Under the pieces are notes generated by a model. It was given only the letters and a program-made list of their open reading frames with translations, searched no databases and was not told the DNA's origin. DNA of 64,000 nt from Macrostomum hystrix (taxonomy: Eukaryota; Animalia; Platyhelminthes), in contig CATNEN010000039.1 in assembly GCA_950097015.1 (NCBI GenBank), forward strand, positions 13,392,001 through 13,456,000, in the 5' to 3' direction. The position numbers and the translations under genes were made by a program. Shown one piece after another: positions 12,201-25,274 of this stretch (position 1 is the first letter of the stretch; every line of letters begins with the position of its first letter).

Positions 12201-14873
12201 TAGCTCCGATTCCTGATTCCATTCTATCTACGATTCCTGATGCGATTCTAGCTAGGATTCCTGATTCCATTCTATCTACGATTCCTGATGCGATTCTAGC
12301 TACGATTCCTGATGCTATTCTATCTACGATTCCTGATGCTATTCTATCTACGATTCCTGATGCGATTCTATCTACGATTCCTGATGTGATTCTAGCTCCG
12401 ATTCCTGATTCCATTCTATCTACAATTCCTGACGCGATTCTAGCTAGGATTCCTGATTCCATTCTATCTACGATTCTTGATGCGATTCTATCTAAGATTC
12501 CTGATTCCATTCTATCTACGATTCTTGATGCGATTCTATCTAAGATTCCTGATGCGATTTTATATACGATTCCTGATGCGATTCTAGCTACGATTCCTGA
12601 TGCTTTTCTATCTACGATGACCTTCTGTGTAGTCATTATGCTGTTTTGTCTGCTAAATCCAGGTAAATAAAAAGCGATGGAATTAAGGTTGGAAATGTAA
12701 GACTTTGGCTAGGTTAGACTAACAATAGAAGCAGACAGACAAACTGACGAACTGAAAAACACAAGCTGAGATGGAAATTAAGAGAGATAAACAAACATAA
12801 AAAGAGACCAGAAAAAAACTGACAAGTGTTATGAAATTCGTAACTCTCTCCTACAGAACTTGGTTCAAGTTTGAAAAGATAAGATCTGGAAGGCTTGACA
12901 CAACTGGACAGGGTAGGGGCAGAAAAATAGCAAATAGAGCATGTGTTGGTACAGTGATAAGGCAGGGTAGGCTAAGCTAAGTCCACAACATGTTGCTAAG
13001 CACTGCCTTACTCACATAAATATGTGAATGATAATGAAAGAAAAACACAAGATAATGAAAGGCTTTAGAAGTTAAAGGTCACTTTGCTAATTGAAGCTTC
13101 CAAAGTTCAAAAGTCAGGTAACAGACTAGAGACCATAGCTCTGCACGCTGCAGTTCATTTGCTCATAGGAAATTTAGAGGGAAAAAATTTACGAATGCCT
13201 ATGGGGGGAATGAATCACCCTATGACAAAGTGGCAGAATGAAGACAAGCAGTCACTTGATGGTGTGTAGTGGTATGCACTAAGGAATAATATATTGTAAG
13301 CATTTCCAACCTAGATGCCTTATTCAGTTATTAGTCAATAATATAAATTAGTTGGGAGATTAAGTATCAAATCAGGTTTCAATCAGGATTAGTGTTTTAT
13401 GTTTTAAATTCCTATTAAATTCCTGGCGGCAAGGCTGTGGTCAAAGCATGTTTATAATAATAGCAATTTATAACAATGTTAGAAAGTGTGTTGAGTACAA
13501 TAGTATTCAGATGTAATGATAAAGAAATATCCAATCAAAATACATTGTCAAGCCAAGAGCCAAGTTCTACTATGTAATCATATAATAGAATAGAATTGTG
13601 CTAAAATACCTGTAAATAAATATGTGATGTAACAGTAGGAATAGGAACTGAGAATAATGCATAGTGACTAATATTTCATATGCAATATTGTTATAATGAA
13701 TAAGAGGCACGAAATAAAATATATTGCAAGAAATACAAACAAATATGATTGCAATTGATACAAAATGTCACTCCACCATCCTCCTTGGATATGCCACTGT
13801 CACATTTGTGGTCCTTTACAGTAAACACTGGATTTAATTTAAAAAATTAAAATAAGTGATTGCTTAAATATTTGGCTAAATTTTAGGAATATTGTCTCTA
13901 CTTAAGTTAAGGCAGCTATGGATTAAGAAAAATAAATATAATAAATAAGATTCAGACAGAGCTAATTAAGTATGGATAGTTAGCTATGATGAAGTCCAAG
14001 GTTCTCAATGACAAACAATATAATCAAGAAAATATATTCAAAAAATGCAAGGATAATATTGAAAGTTTTACTAACTAGACTAAGGTTTTTTATAGATAGA
14101 AATATAATAGAAATAGAAAAAGTGAATAGAAAAAAATAGAAATTACCATAGAGCCATGTCATTGCTTGTAATATTGCAAGCACTTTTACTTTGAAACAAT
14201 GTTACAAAGTTTGTAGCTACAGGCCTTAGCTACAAAGTTTTAAACATATACATATAATAAATTTGAGTCTTAAGATATTAAAAAACTTTCTGTATTACTT
14301 ACTTTTCACCTTATAATTACATTGTTACTAGGCTAAAGTCCCATTGATTCTGCTAAAAAATAAACTCACTTGAAAAACATTTTTCTTAAATTTAGATATG
14401 AATATTTTTGTTAGATTCCTAGAATTTGAGTAGAATTGTTATATCGACTTTTAATTAAACAATTATCAAATAAGCAACTTATATTAGATATTGCCCAACT
14501 GTATTGTTCATATAAACTATCACATGTTTATCTAGATTTTTTGGAAGAAGTCAAATATATGCTTACAATACAAGTAAAACTTTTAAAGGCGATTTTTAAT
14601 AATTTTTAAATACTATGATATTAACATAATGTATAAAAAAATATATATTATAAGTAGCAAATCAAACTAAAATAAAAAATCCACCTTCAGATGTAGGTAA
14701 GATGACTTTCCGAATCGAGGATCCGTCAGAATTTTCGGTCGGCTGCGATAGTTGACACCTCGGATGGATTTCAAACCTGTGGTAAAAACAGAAACTACAA
14801 TCTTTAGTGCCACCGGGATTGAATATGCCAATCCGATGCAGCAAACTATAATATATTCCAAAGTTTGATTCAT
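6237..14873 (-). CDS. Epoxide hydrolase 3/4-like alpha/beta hydrolase, about 388 aa; exons 14685-14873, 10675-10802, 10326-10438, 9390-9857, 6237-6505
   Basis: N-terminal membrane anchor, [26 protein letters not shown], nucleophile GHDWGG, lid tyrosines SWY and NFYR, GDQD, catalytic His in ASHWVQQD. All introns are GT-AG and the phases sum to an open frame. Confidence 0.93.
6560..9345. repeat. 24-bp minisatellite GATTCCTGATGCGATTCTATCTAC filling intron 4 of the epoxide hydrolase
   Basis: More than 100 tandem units; source of the spurious 910-aa ORF. Confidence 0.98.
9991..10270 (-). mobile_element. tRNA-derived SINE, family A (near full length)
   Basis: The minus strand begins GGTTGTAGCCTAGTGG (A box) ... 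GGTTCGATTCC (B box), followed by GTCCTTTAGCAAGACACTTAACTCTG...CACCCAGCTGTTAAATGGGTACC, which resembles conserved Meta/V/CORE-type SINE cores. Several copies occur in the window. Confidence 0.85.
10840..12618. repeat. 24-bp minisatellite (same family as 6560-9345) in intron 1 of the epoxide hydrolase
   Basis: Same consensus unit and same leading flank TTTAGATAAAGTT. Confidence 0.98.
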
Positions 14874-15556
14874 AACTTTCCTTTTAAACAAAAAGTTAAA
14901 TAAGAACAAGCGCACACTGCTGTCAGACGTAGGAAGTAATGTCTTGGAAATTTGCAGTTTTATAATGTTTCTTTTATTAATTCTCCAACAAGTAAAACAA
15001 AAAGTAAACGTATAAATAAAAAACCTTCATCGTTTTCAGCATTGGATTTTTTTTATCCTTGACCAATTGACCAATAGAAATAGTTACTAAGTAAATCTTA
15101 ATGGCATTAGAAAGAAAGAAAAGCGTGAAACGCACGGAATCAATAGTGGCTTTTTCATATATATGCATTTTTATTTATAAACAATTTACTGATTATTACC
15201 AGTGAAATTAGATTTAATTGCTAGATTTAACCGGAGCTCAGTTTATTAACAATTGTGCATGATAAATTTCACACTGATGAACGACGCGAACTTCCTGCAA
15301 TTGATCGTGCTCTAAACCATATTTTGAAAGATTTTGAACGAAACATTTGAAAGCTAAAAATCACGTGACATCATGATTTCGCCCCTTCAGCTTGACGCTC
15401 CTGAGGGCGTTGCCAGTCCCCAAGGGATAGGGAAGGGAGAAACGGGCCTCATCCCTCCGTACTACTCCAACATCTGATGACATTAATTGGTAGCTTGGGT
15501 GTGACGGTCGAGTGGCCAAGATCCAAGGGACCAAGGCAGAAAAGACCATGCAGGGT

Positions 15557-16478
15557 TGTGAGAGGGTAGAACCTGCTAGGCATGGCTGCCACCAGCCACC
15601 TTACGGGACAGCACAACCAACTGCCCCTGACGAAATGGAGCTTACGCTATAAAAGCGAAGTGCTTTTGGCTCACCCCCAAGGCCCATGGCTGGAATAGAG
15701 ACACTATGCGAGGTATTCGCAGGGAGCAGAGAGTTCAGCAAGAGAGAGGACTTATGCATAGGAGATTCTTAGGGATGCAGCTAAGATAGAGGGCCAGCCC
15801 AAGGTCAAGCATGTCCAGATAGAGCCAGTCAACGTACTTATTTTTTAGCATTTTACTCCTAGTCACCAGGTCACAACGATGCAAGTACAGGGTAAGGTTC
15901 GGCTTCCAATATATAGTCTCGTGTGCAATGCGTGTCATTAGGGCACAATAAGAGTTACCCCAGCGCATGGAATAGGGGCAAGCCCAAGGGAAGGGAAACT
16001 CACCGATCCGGTGGCGAGGTTCTGGCTGCAGACAAGGTCGGCGGTGCAGCGACGCGACTCTGGGCGAGGTGGTTCGGCGAAAGACGGAGCGGCGGTGTCT
16101 AGAGACCGGGCTATCAGACGCTGAAGCCTGTTCGCGGTTGTTGAGGTCTACGCGACGAAAAAGACCAGAGATCTGAGTACGGATGACGTCTCGAAAGCTA
16201 ATGGAAGGTCAGGACAGGTACGAAAACGTCAACAGAAGGTATGATAACAAACGGAAGGGTGACGAACGGAAAACGAACAAGGTCTGCTCGAACTTCTCGA
16301 CGAACCACTCAATAAATAGAGCCCAGAGTCACGCGCTCACGCCGTGATCGCGTGATCAACCCGACCTTGACCGAGATGTAGGACAGCCAGCAGATCACGT
16401 GCCTCGCCTGCCGATCGCGGTGATTGGTCGAGTTAGGATTGGGGTGGGTGCGCGATTACATAACAATGATTTATCACA
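15557..16478 (+). mobile_element. LTR-like repeat, family 2 (right boundary uncertain)
   Basis: Starts TGTGA with a candidate TCACA end at 16478. The first ~280 bp are homologous to the reverse complement of 1200-1475. Confidence 0.5.
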
Positions 16479-18270
16479 AGGAAAATAAATAAGGTAGGGA
16501 GATGGGTATGCAATCTCAAAAATGAAATGACTTATGGCCAAATGCGCAATAGAAAAGGGAGGAGGGCCTGTGGGCGCGTGACAGTTGGAAGTCATAAATC
16601 ATTGGAAAGGGGAGGTGGGCGCATTTTGACAGCAAGACGACAGAAAAAAATATGATTTACGACCGAGAACGGTTTTGACATCTCAAGGTCACAGACGATG
16701 ACTAATCGAGGGGGGAGAAGGGAAGGGGAAGGGAAGGTACGCAGGGAAAGCAGGGAACGCAGGGAAACTATCCTTAAAAAGATAATTATGCCCCCTAAAG
16801 TCGCTGCTACATCAATCATATTCATCAAATATTTTACCTTAGCAAAAATTAATAAATTGGCCGCGAGCTAAAAATGTCTTACGCATGTATATTAAATCAT
16901 CCGCTACAACATTTTTTTCGAGGTTCGAGCACGTTTAAGCTTGCATCTACTTTCGTACTGTATCGATCTTCCCAATATGTAGGCCGTCTTTTATCAGTTT
17001 GCATGACCATTTGTCTAATCAAGCGAAATTACACGTTTTACTGTGGTAAAGAGCTAGCATACGAGTAATTATCAATTTTCTCTAAAACTCATGAAAACAT
17101 GAAACCCTTTTAGTTGCACCAGTAGATTTAAGCGCTGTAGTCGATCCTCCTGATTAAAAAAATACAATTGAACAAAGGCTGAGTTTACAGAACAGATTTA
17201 AACAGATACGGTACATGGTACTCTTGGGGTGCACGAGTTGTTCTCTCTCTCGAGCCGATACGGGTTGAGTTGAGTTGCTGCACGCATGATTGCCTGCCAT
17301 CAAATATGCTTCAGTGCGGCGCTGCTCGTGTGGTAGATGAGAAAGCGGATTTTAGCAGATTTTAGGATTTGGGATAAGGATTATCGGGGAGGATGGGAAG
17401 AAAGCCCCATACTCCTGCACGAGTCGGCAAAAATCTTACCAAATTGTTTCACTGGATTGTAATCGAGTGATTGGGACTGCCGAGATTACTTCGAGGGCAG
17501 GTCGGCGCAACGACAAGCAGACAGACATTTCAGGAGGCTATGTTGTCACGAAAATGAGTCCTGAAATCAGAGTGCCGGTAAAAAGACTGTTTGAATAGTC
17601 TGCCGCCCTTCATATATTTTTAGGTGCAGCATGCATCAGGCGCGTGACGCGTGATGCGTCTTGGCGAACTTTAGCTGGCCGTACTGTGATTGGCTGGTGG
17701 ATTTTCTCTATAGCAATATAACGAATAACAAGAATAGATGAACCTCTGCAACGGTTCAGCGACAGGTCATGGATACTCACCAAATTTTCGCCTATGGAAA
17801 TCGCCAATCATAAAAGCATTCAAACTAAATGCACCATATGCAGCGATTTTCAAGCCGAGGAATGCTCAACAGACAATTTAAAATTTACTCATTCAAAATT
17901 GGAAACAGCCTCTGATTTCATCAAATAGCGTTATTTATTTCATAAGAAACAGCTCCAATGAAAATTTCGTGAAACTAAATAAATCGAAATATTAGGCCTC
18001 AGGACAAAAACTTTGTCGATTCTTCGGAGATAAGTCGGAGATAAGATACTCTTAAATTAGGCTCGCTGTGCGGCTTAGAATCTCAAACAGAGATTGGAAT
18101 TAAGAGTGCTAAGCACCAGAATTAATTTCCGTGTTGCCTGTTTTAGAATTCAAAACCGGAAATGATCCAATCAAAAAATAACTTCAATTTGTTAGGCTTG
18201 ATTCGCACTTGTCTATTTATTGTACCGTTAGGTTTTCCTCTCCGTTCCCCCTGTCCGCCAAGTTTTTATT

Positions 18271-19005
18271 TCCCGTGTCTCATCTCTCCCGTGTCTCATC
18301 TCTCCCGTGTCTCATCTCTCCCGTGTCTTATCTCTCCCGTGTCTCATCTCTCCCGTGTCTAATCTCTCCTTTGTCTCATCTCTCCCGTGTCTAATCTCTC
18401 CCGTGTCTCATCTCTCCCGTGTCTAATCTCTCCTTTGTCTCATCTCTCCCGTGTCTAATCTCTCCTTTGTCTCATCTCTCCCGTGTCTAATCTCTCCTTT
18501 GTCTCATCTCTCCAGTGTCTCATCTCTCCCGTGCCTCATCTCTCCTGTGTCTCATCTCTCCTTTGTCTCATCTCGCCCGTGTCTCATCTCTCCCGTGCCT
18601 CATCTCTCCTGTGTCTCATCTCTCCTTTGTCTCATCTCTCCCGTGTCTTATCTCTCCTTTGTCTCATCTCTCCCGTGTTTAATATATCTCTCCTTTGTCT
18701 CATTTCTCCCGTGTCTAATCTCTCCTTTGTCTCATCTCTCCCGTGTCTTATATCTCCTTTGTCTCATCTCTCCCGTGTCTAATCTCTCCTTTGTCTCATC
18801 TCGCCCGTGTCTCAACTCTCCTTTGTCTCATCTCTCCTGTGTCTCATCTCTCCCGTGTCTAATCTCTCCTTTGTCTCATCTCTCCCGTGTCTAATCTCTC
18901 CTTTGTCTCATCTCTCCCGTGTCTAATCTCTCCTTTGTCTCATCTCTCCTGTGTCTCATCTCTCCTGTGTCTAATCTCTCCTTTGTCCCATCTCTCCCGT
19001 GTCTT
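18271..19005. repeat. 16-bp minisatellite CCCGTGTCTCATCTCT
   Basis: Tandem array read directly. Confidence 0.97.
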
Positions 19006-20089
19006 ATCCCGTGGTATTTTAGTTTTTTTCTAACAACGCTGCCAACATTTTATGCAGCAAGTCAGCGAATGCCATAACGTTCATAGCACTTCTTCTAGCC
19101 TTGCTATTGTCACCAGATATTGTGCCATGGCAATCAATTTTTCTAGAGGCTCGTTCTTAAAAATGATGCATTTCAGCTTAAGAGCACGTAGGATCATAGT
19201 TTTTTTCACTTTAACATGCTGAATTTTATCCTCTTCCATGCGAGATTCTGTACGTGCAAAGTTCAGTTCTAGGTGACGGCCCCTTCTTGTAGCCTTATAG
19301 GTAATAGGGAATTTTTTCAGACTTAAAAGTGCCTCTCTTTTAAAGGAACCCACGAGTATTACACGGTACACCGTTGGTGTGGTATAGGTGAACTCTACAA
19401 AAATCCATCTATGCTAAATCTCTATAATTACTTAATTACATCTGAAACATTCGTGGCCCTCTACGCCTAATTAAAGAAAAAGCATTCACGCCTAATTCAT
19501 GAGAATTTTTCTTTGAAATCGGCTCGCTTTTATAAGCATTTAGGTAAGAACAGAGAAATTCGCAATCGAGTGGTGTCTTTTTGCATACATTTACAGGTAA
19601 GTTTTCCTTTTCCAGGGAAGAAAGTCCACATGGCTGTTTTTTGTACTTTAAAGTACTTTTGTACTTTAAAGTAGTTTTGCTTTTAACTATTGCACGTGTC
19701 GACGAGAAAATAAAGCAAGAATGATTTTCTGAAAAAATCGCGACATAATTCGCGGCGTTATACTTGATAACTATCAGGTTACAGAATCTGCAGGTGAAAC
19801 GGAATGCGCTCCTACGGATAGGTCTATATGGCTGACTGAGCAAACGTAAGATCGACAGTGCTCAAAATGGGAGAATGCAGTTGTCACCCAGACATTCTGA
19901 CATTCTGTGAGTCTGTTGTCAAGTCTCCAAGCCTTCTCTCCGTGGTTGCGTGAGGATCGGACCTGTAAACGCTGTGCCATTGAACACCGTGACATCGGAT
20001 AGGACCATATCAAAGTACAGACACCTTTGTGTCTTTGTGGAGTAGGGACCAGTCTTTAATAATGATAAGAATAAAAATAGTTTCAGGAA

Positions 20090-20364
20090 AACTGACGGCA
20101 CATCATTTAGTGAGGAGACGATTCTCCCCATTCCCTGAGCACACACGCACACCGGTGTGTACATCTGCCCTGACTTTCTCATCGTCCGGCAGTGTACATT
20201 TCACTGTGTCTAGGAGGTTGGCCCTCAATGGCGTAAATTGAACGACAAGCCCTCAAGCCTTCTCTCCGCGGCTGCTCCCCAAATGAATGTGGCCTCGCCG
20301 CGGAATCGAGCTCAAGGACCTTGGCGCGAGAGGCAAACGCGTTAGACCGCTCTGCCACTCACCC
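20090..20364 (-). mobile_element. tRNA-derived SINE, family B
   Basis: Minus-strand head GGGTGAGTGGCAGAGCGGTCTAACGCG...GAGCTCGATTCC. The body is shared with the copies at 36270, 42035, 54275, 24245 and 31650. Confidence 0.85.
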
Positions 20365-20924
20365 ACCTGTACAGAGGCCTCTCCTCTTTATTTATTAGAT
20401 AATTTCGCGCTTTTTGAGTTTTAACGTTTTTGCTGCCGCTTATTCTGCAATATGAAGTAAGTAGCGAGCAGTGAACGCTTGTATGATTGTACAGAAGTCA
20501 AAAACCGATTGCTAGTAAAGTCAATAGTTTTTATTGTAGCATTTTAGGTATTTTTGTCCCTTTTTAAAACAAATTTTATTAATGCTAAGTTCTTCTGATT
20601 TTGAAGCCGTTGTCATCTAACAGACTTTTTCAAACTACTCAAGTTACTCAACTTGGATACTAAATATAGCATTTTAAGCGAAATTGCGTGCATGCTTAAC
20701 CGACTGTGCGACATCGTTGAGATTCGTGACTTAGCTAAGTCAATCAAGCGCATCGCTTTCTTGTCTCGTCTCAAGTCTAGACAGCTGAAATACAAGATAA
20801 AAAGCCTAGCCGCCTCGATTGAAGGGTTCATTTGGCTCCTGCTTATCGATGTACACACCTGTGTGAGTGAATGTTAGGAATGGAAGCGGGGCAATCGTAG
20901 TATTAGACTTAACAAACAATACAG

Positions 20925-21650
20925 AAATCGAAGCAGGAGCCATAGAAGGAATCGAAGCAGGGGCCATAGAAGGAATCGAAGCAGGGGCCTTAGAAGGAAT
21001 CGAAGCAGGGCCATAGAAGGAATCGAAGCAGGAGCGCACCATAGAATGTATCGAAGCAGAGGCCATAGAAGGCATCGAAGCAGGGGCCATAGAAGAAATC
21101 GAAGCAGGGGCCATAGAAGAAATCGAAGCAGGGGCCATAGAAGGAATCGAAGCAGGAGCGCACCATAGAATGTATCGAAGCAGAGGCCATAGAAGGCATC
21201 GAAGCAGGGGCCATAGAAGAAATCGAAGCAGGGGCCATAGAAGGAATCGAAGCAGGAGCGCACCATAGAATGTATCGAAGCAGAGGCCATAGAAGGCATC
21301 GAAGCAGGGGCCATAGAAGAAATCGAAGCAGGGGCCATAGAAGGAATCGAAGCAGGAGCGCACCATAGAATGTATCGAAGCAGAGGCCATAGAAGGCATC
21401 GAAGCAGGGGCCATAGAAGAAATCGAAGCAGGGGCCATAGAAGGAATCGAAGCAGGGGCCATAGAAGGAATCGAAGCAGGGGCCATAGAAGGAATCGAAG
21501 CAGGGGCCATAGAAGGAATCGAAGCAGGGGCCATAGAAGGAATCGAAGCAGGAGCCATAGAAGGCATCGAAGCTGGGGCCATAGAAGGCATCGAAGCAGG
21601 GGCCATAGAAGGAATCGAAGCAGGGGCCATAGAAGGAATCGAAGCAGAAA
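20925..21650. repeat. 24-bp minisatellite GAATCGAAGCAGGGGCCATAGAAG upstream of the GPCR
   Basis: Tandem array with higher-order blocks containing a GCGCACC variant unit. Confidence 0.97.
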
Positions 21651-22289
21651 CCTAAAGTAGCCAAAAAACTGACGCTTTATTGATAGATTGATATAATAAT
21701 CCTAGAAGGAATCAGAACAAAAATCGAAGCAAGAATCAGAACAAGAGTCAAATGAAATTGTTTGTGCCACTATCGACTACATAAACAGGTTCAGATTACT
21801 TTTTTGTTACGTCTTGCGCATTTATTTGCCAAGCAATCTATATGCGTATCGTTGGCTAGTAAGAACGATAGTACTGAAATGTGACTACTAGGTAACGCAT
21901 GGCACGTCTGACAGTGCAACGCCTCTGCGAATCAGCTCATTCGGTTGTCTAGTAGCCTATTTAAAACTGGTTAGAGTACATTTATGTATGAACCATTGTA
22001 AGAGGAGCCAGCTGTCAGAAGCAAGCGAACAGAAACCGGAAATGAAAAACGGAGTGACGCATGAAGTCTTCAACCCAATCATTTGCTATCTGACTGCAAA
22101 CCAGGGCAGGCAAGGAACAACTAACAAGCGCTCTGATTGGTCACAACCAACTTCGCACTTTATAAAGGAACTCGTTTTCAATTATTAAAACTCTTAGCAG
22201 CATTTCAAAACGATAAACGATTCGAGAACTGGCTTAGGCTAGTAATTACTGCGCTGTCTGAGTTAGCCAAGTCACACAATATACTGACA

Positions 22290-25233
22290 ATGGAGGTATT
22301 CATGATTGCCGTCGAAACGCAGGTGAGTTGAGCTAATATTTTTGGCTATATCTATAGAATCAATGCAGGAGCCATGAAAGGAATCGAAGCACAAACCATA
22401 GAAGGAATCGAAGCAAGAGCCATTGAAGGAATCGAAGCAAGAGCCATAGAAGGAATCGAAGCAGAAGCCATAGAAGGAATCGAAGCTTGAGCCATATCTT
22501 TGGAATCGAATCAGGAGCCATAGAAGGAATCGAAGCTGGAGCCATATCTTTGGAATCGAAGCAGGAGCCATATCTTCGGAATTGAATCAGGAGCCATAGA
22601 AGGAATCGAAGCAAGAGCCACAGAAGGAATCGAAGCAGGAGCCATGGAAGGAATCGAAGCTGGTGTAATGTCCAAAGAATCGAATCAGGTACCATATCTC
22701 TGGAATCGAAACAGGTGCCATATATCTATACAGTCGAAGCAGGAGCCATTTCTATGGAATCGAAGCAGGAGTAGTTGCTATGGAGTTGAAGGAATTGTGG
22801 CTAATGAATTGAAGAATATCTATAACCGAGGCAGAAGTTAAGGCTATGGAATCGAAGCAGAATCGGAGCAGTAGCAATAGCTATGGAATCGAAGCAGAAT
22901 CGGAGCAGTAGCAATAGCTACGGAATCGAAGCAATAGCCATATCTGGAATCGCGGCTGAAGCAATGGCTATAAAAGTGGTGAAATTATAAAATGATGAAA
23001 GTAAACGAAATAAATTCGTCGGATTTAAAAACTGCAGGTTGTCAACGCCACAGACAAAGACTTCATGACAGCTATGGAGGCCGAAGGGCGAAATCTATGG
23101 CGACTCACCGCCTCGGACTGGGTTGAGGCAGTTTTGTACACCGTGGTGATGACAATCTCGTTTCTAGGAAACGGATTCGTCCTGGGCGCCACCGCCCGGT
23201 ACCCTAGCTTGAGACGCCGTGTGCCCGGCCTCATGCTGAACCTGGCTGCCTCCAGCCTGCTGGTCAGCTCCGTCTGCATCCCGCTGAAGCTGGCTCTGAT
23301 CATTAACAAGGCCTGGCTGTTCGGCAGTCTGGGCTGCAAGCTGTCCGTATTTTCTCACGGTGAGAAGCCAGACTACTAATCATATTGGGACACTAATTTT
23401 CAGTGGTACTGTGCACAGAGAGTGTGCACTGCATGAATAATAGAGTGGTCTATGGTTCCTAATAGTCTGGTTCCTAATAGAGTGGTCTATGGTTCCTAAT
23501 AGTCTGGTTCCTAATAGAGTGGTCTATGGTTCCTAATAGTCTGGTTCCTAATAGAGTGGTCTATGGTTCCTAATAGTCTGGTTCCTAATAGAGTGGTCTA
23601 TGGTTCCTAATAGAGTGGTCTATGGTTCCTAATAGAGTGGTCTATGGTTCCTAATAGAGTGGTCTATGGTTCCTAATAGAGTGGCCTATGGTTCCTAATA
23701 GAGTGGTCTATGGTTCCTAATAGTCTGGTTCGCAATAGAGTGGTCTATGGTTCCCAATAGAGTGGTCTATGGTTCCCAATAGAGTGGTCTATGGTTCCTA
23801 ATAGAGTGGTCTATGGTTCCCAATAGAGTGGTCTATGGTTCCCAATAGAGTGGTCTATGGTTCCTAATAGAGTGGTCTATGGTTCCTAATAGAGTGGTCT
23901 ATGGTTCCTAATAGAGTGGTCTATGGTTCCTAATAGAGTGGTCCATGGTTCCTAATAGAGTGGTCTATGGTTCCTAATAGAGTAGTCTATGGTTCCTAAT
24001 AGAGTGGTCTATGGTTCCTAATAGAGTGGTCTATGGTTCCCAATAGAGTGGTCTATGGTTCCTAATAGAGTGGTCTATGGTTCCCAATAGAGTGGTCTAT
24101 GGTTCCTAATTGCAGATTCATAATACCTAGAACCTCAATGGTTGCTTACATTTTACAGCAGTATTCCGTCTTCTAAAATCCAGAGCACTGCCTTTCATAC
24201 CGATATCTACTACTGTACGTACATGATGTTGTGCATACCTTGCATCAAGGTACTGAGTTCGATTCCTCTGCGAGGCCGCTCAGACATGGCTTGGAGGCTT
24301 GTCGTGCAATTTACGCCCTCGAGGGCCAACCTCCAAGGCACAGTGAGAGTGTACAATGCCTGACGATCAGATAGTCAAGTTTAAATGTACACGCCAGTAT
24401 GAGTGTGTGCCTGCCAACAGCCCTCCACAATTATATTTACGACACTTCAAACTCATCCGACAATTGATCAGCAATGACCAACAATTAACCAAATGAACAA
24501 AACCATTTGACCCATATTAGCCTTCGCAATGACGCTGAACACCTGCTCCCTGGTTGCCATGGCGGTGTTTCGATCGCGCAGAAACCACCAGAGCCGAGTC
24601 GGACTGGGTCCGGTGGTTGCCTGCTGGTCGGTGGCTGCCATCCTATCCAGCCCGATGCTGCTGATGTACTCCTTGCGGACTGTGTCGATGAATCCGCCGC
24701 AGCTCAAAGAGCTCAACATCAGCTTCACCACTGACAAGCCCATAGCGCACTGCATCGAAGTCTGGCTCAACCAGGACGTGCAAAAGTACATTTCTCTGGC
24801 CTTCCTCGTTGGCATCGGCCTCTTGCCCCTCTTGGCTATCTGCGTTAGCTACGGCATTGTGGCGAGGCGCATCAGGAAGCTCACGCAGCAGTCGAATCCT
24901 TATCCACTCCTTGACGCTACGGCCGCAGCTGCTGCAGCCGCGGCGGTGGTCCGTCGCAACCGAGCGCTGCGCACGGTGGCAGTCCTTGTCGGCTGTTTCA
25001 CCGCCTGCTGGCTGCCAAACGAGCTGCTGCGCGTTCTCGCCGACTTTCTGCTGATCAGCCGACCGGATATTGTTGGCGAGCTGCTCAAACTGCTACCGTA
25101 TGTCAGCCTACTGGTGTACGTACATGCGGCAGCGTCTGGGGGGCTGTACTGCTGCCTGAACACGGCGTTTCGAGAGCGCGCCAGGCGCCTGCTGTGCAGC
25201 GTTCGGCTGCAGGACTCGGATCACGTAGTTTAA
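22290..25233 (+). CDS. Divergent class A (rhodopsin-like, probably peptide) GPCR, about 355 aa; exons 22290-22322, 23038-23359, 24521-25233
   Basis: TM1 GN, NLA in TM2, WLFG..GCK, ECL2 Cys, TM5 LPLL..SY, TM6 CWLP and helix 8 N..FRE. Canonical splice sites in phase. Confidence 0.85.
22355..22960. repeat. Degenerate GAATCGAAGCAGGAGCCATA minisatellite in GPCR intron 1
   Basis: Mixed 24-26 bp units. Confidence 0.9.
23437..24110. repeat. 22-bp minisatellite AATAGAGTGGTCTATGGTTCCT in GPCR intron 2
   Basis: Tandem array with 15-bp deletion variants at the start. Confidence 0.97.
24245..24415 (+). mobile_element. SINE family B, partial copy
   Basis: GAGTTCGATTCC B box followed by GGCTTGTCGTGCAATTTACGCCC...CACAGTGAGAGT. 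Confidence 0.75.
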
Positions 25234-25274
25234 AATCGATCGGCTACACCTACTTTGCACCGAAGTAAGATATA

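Noticed and set aside
15270-15500. Hammerhead ribozyme cores at CTGATGA (15274, 15474)
   Set aside because: No stem II followed by GAAA, and no stem I/III pairing, could be built.
19081-19843. ORFs of 96 and 135 aa, one with FTCRFC
   Set aside because: No recognisable domain or splice structure; possibly decayed transposon sequence but not supportable.
18162-22695. Repetitive ORFs (SHLSRV, MAPASIPS, RSRGHRRN)
   Set aside because: Minisatellite translations with no unique coding context.
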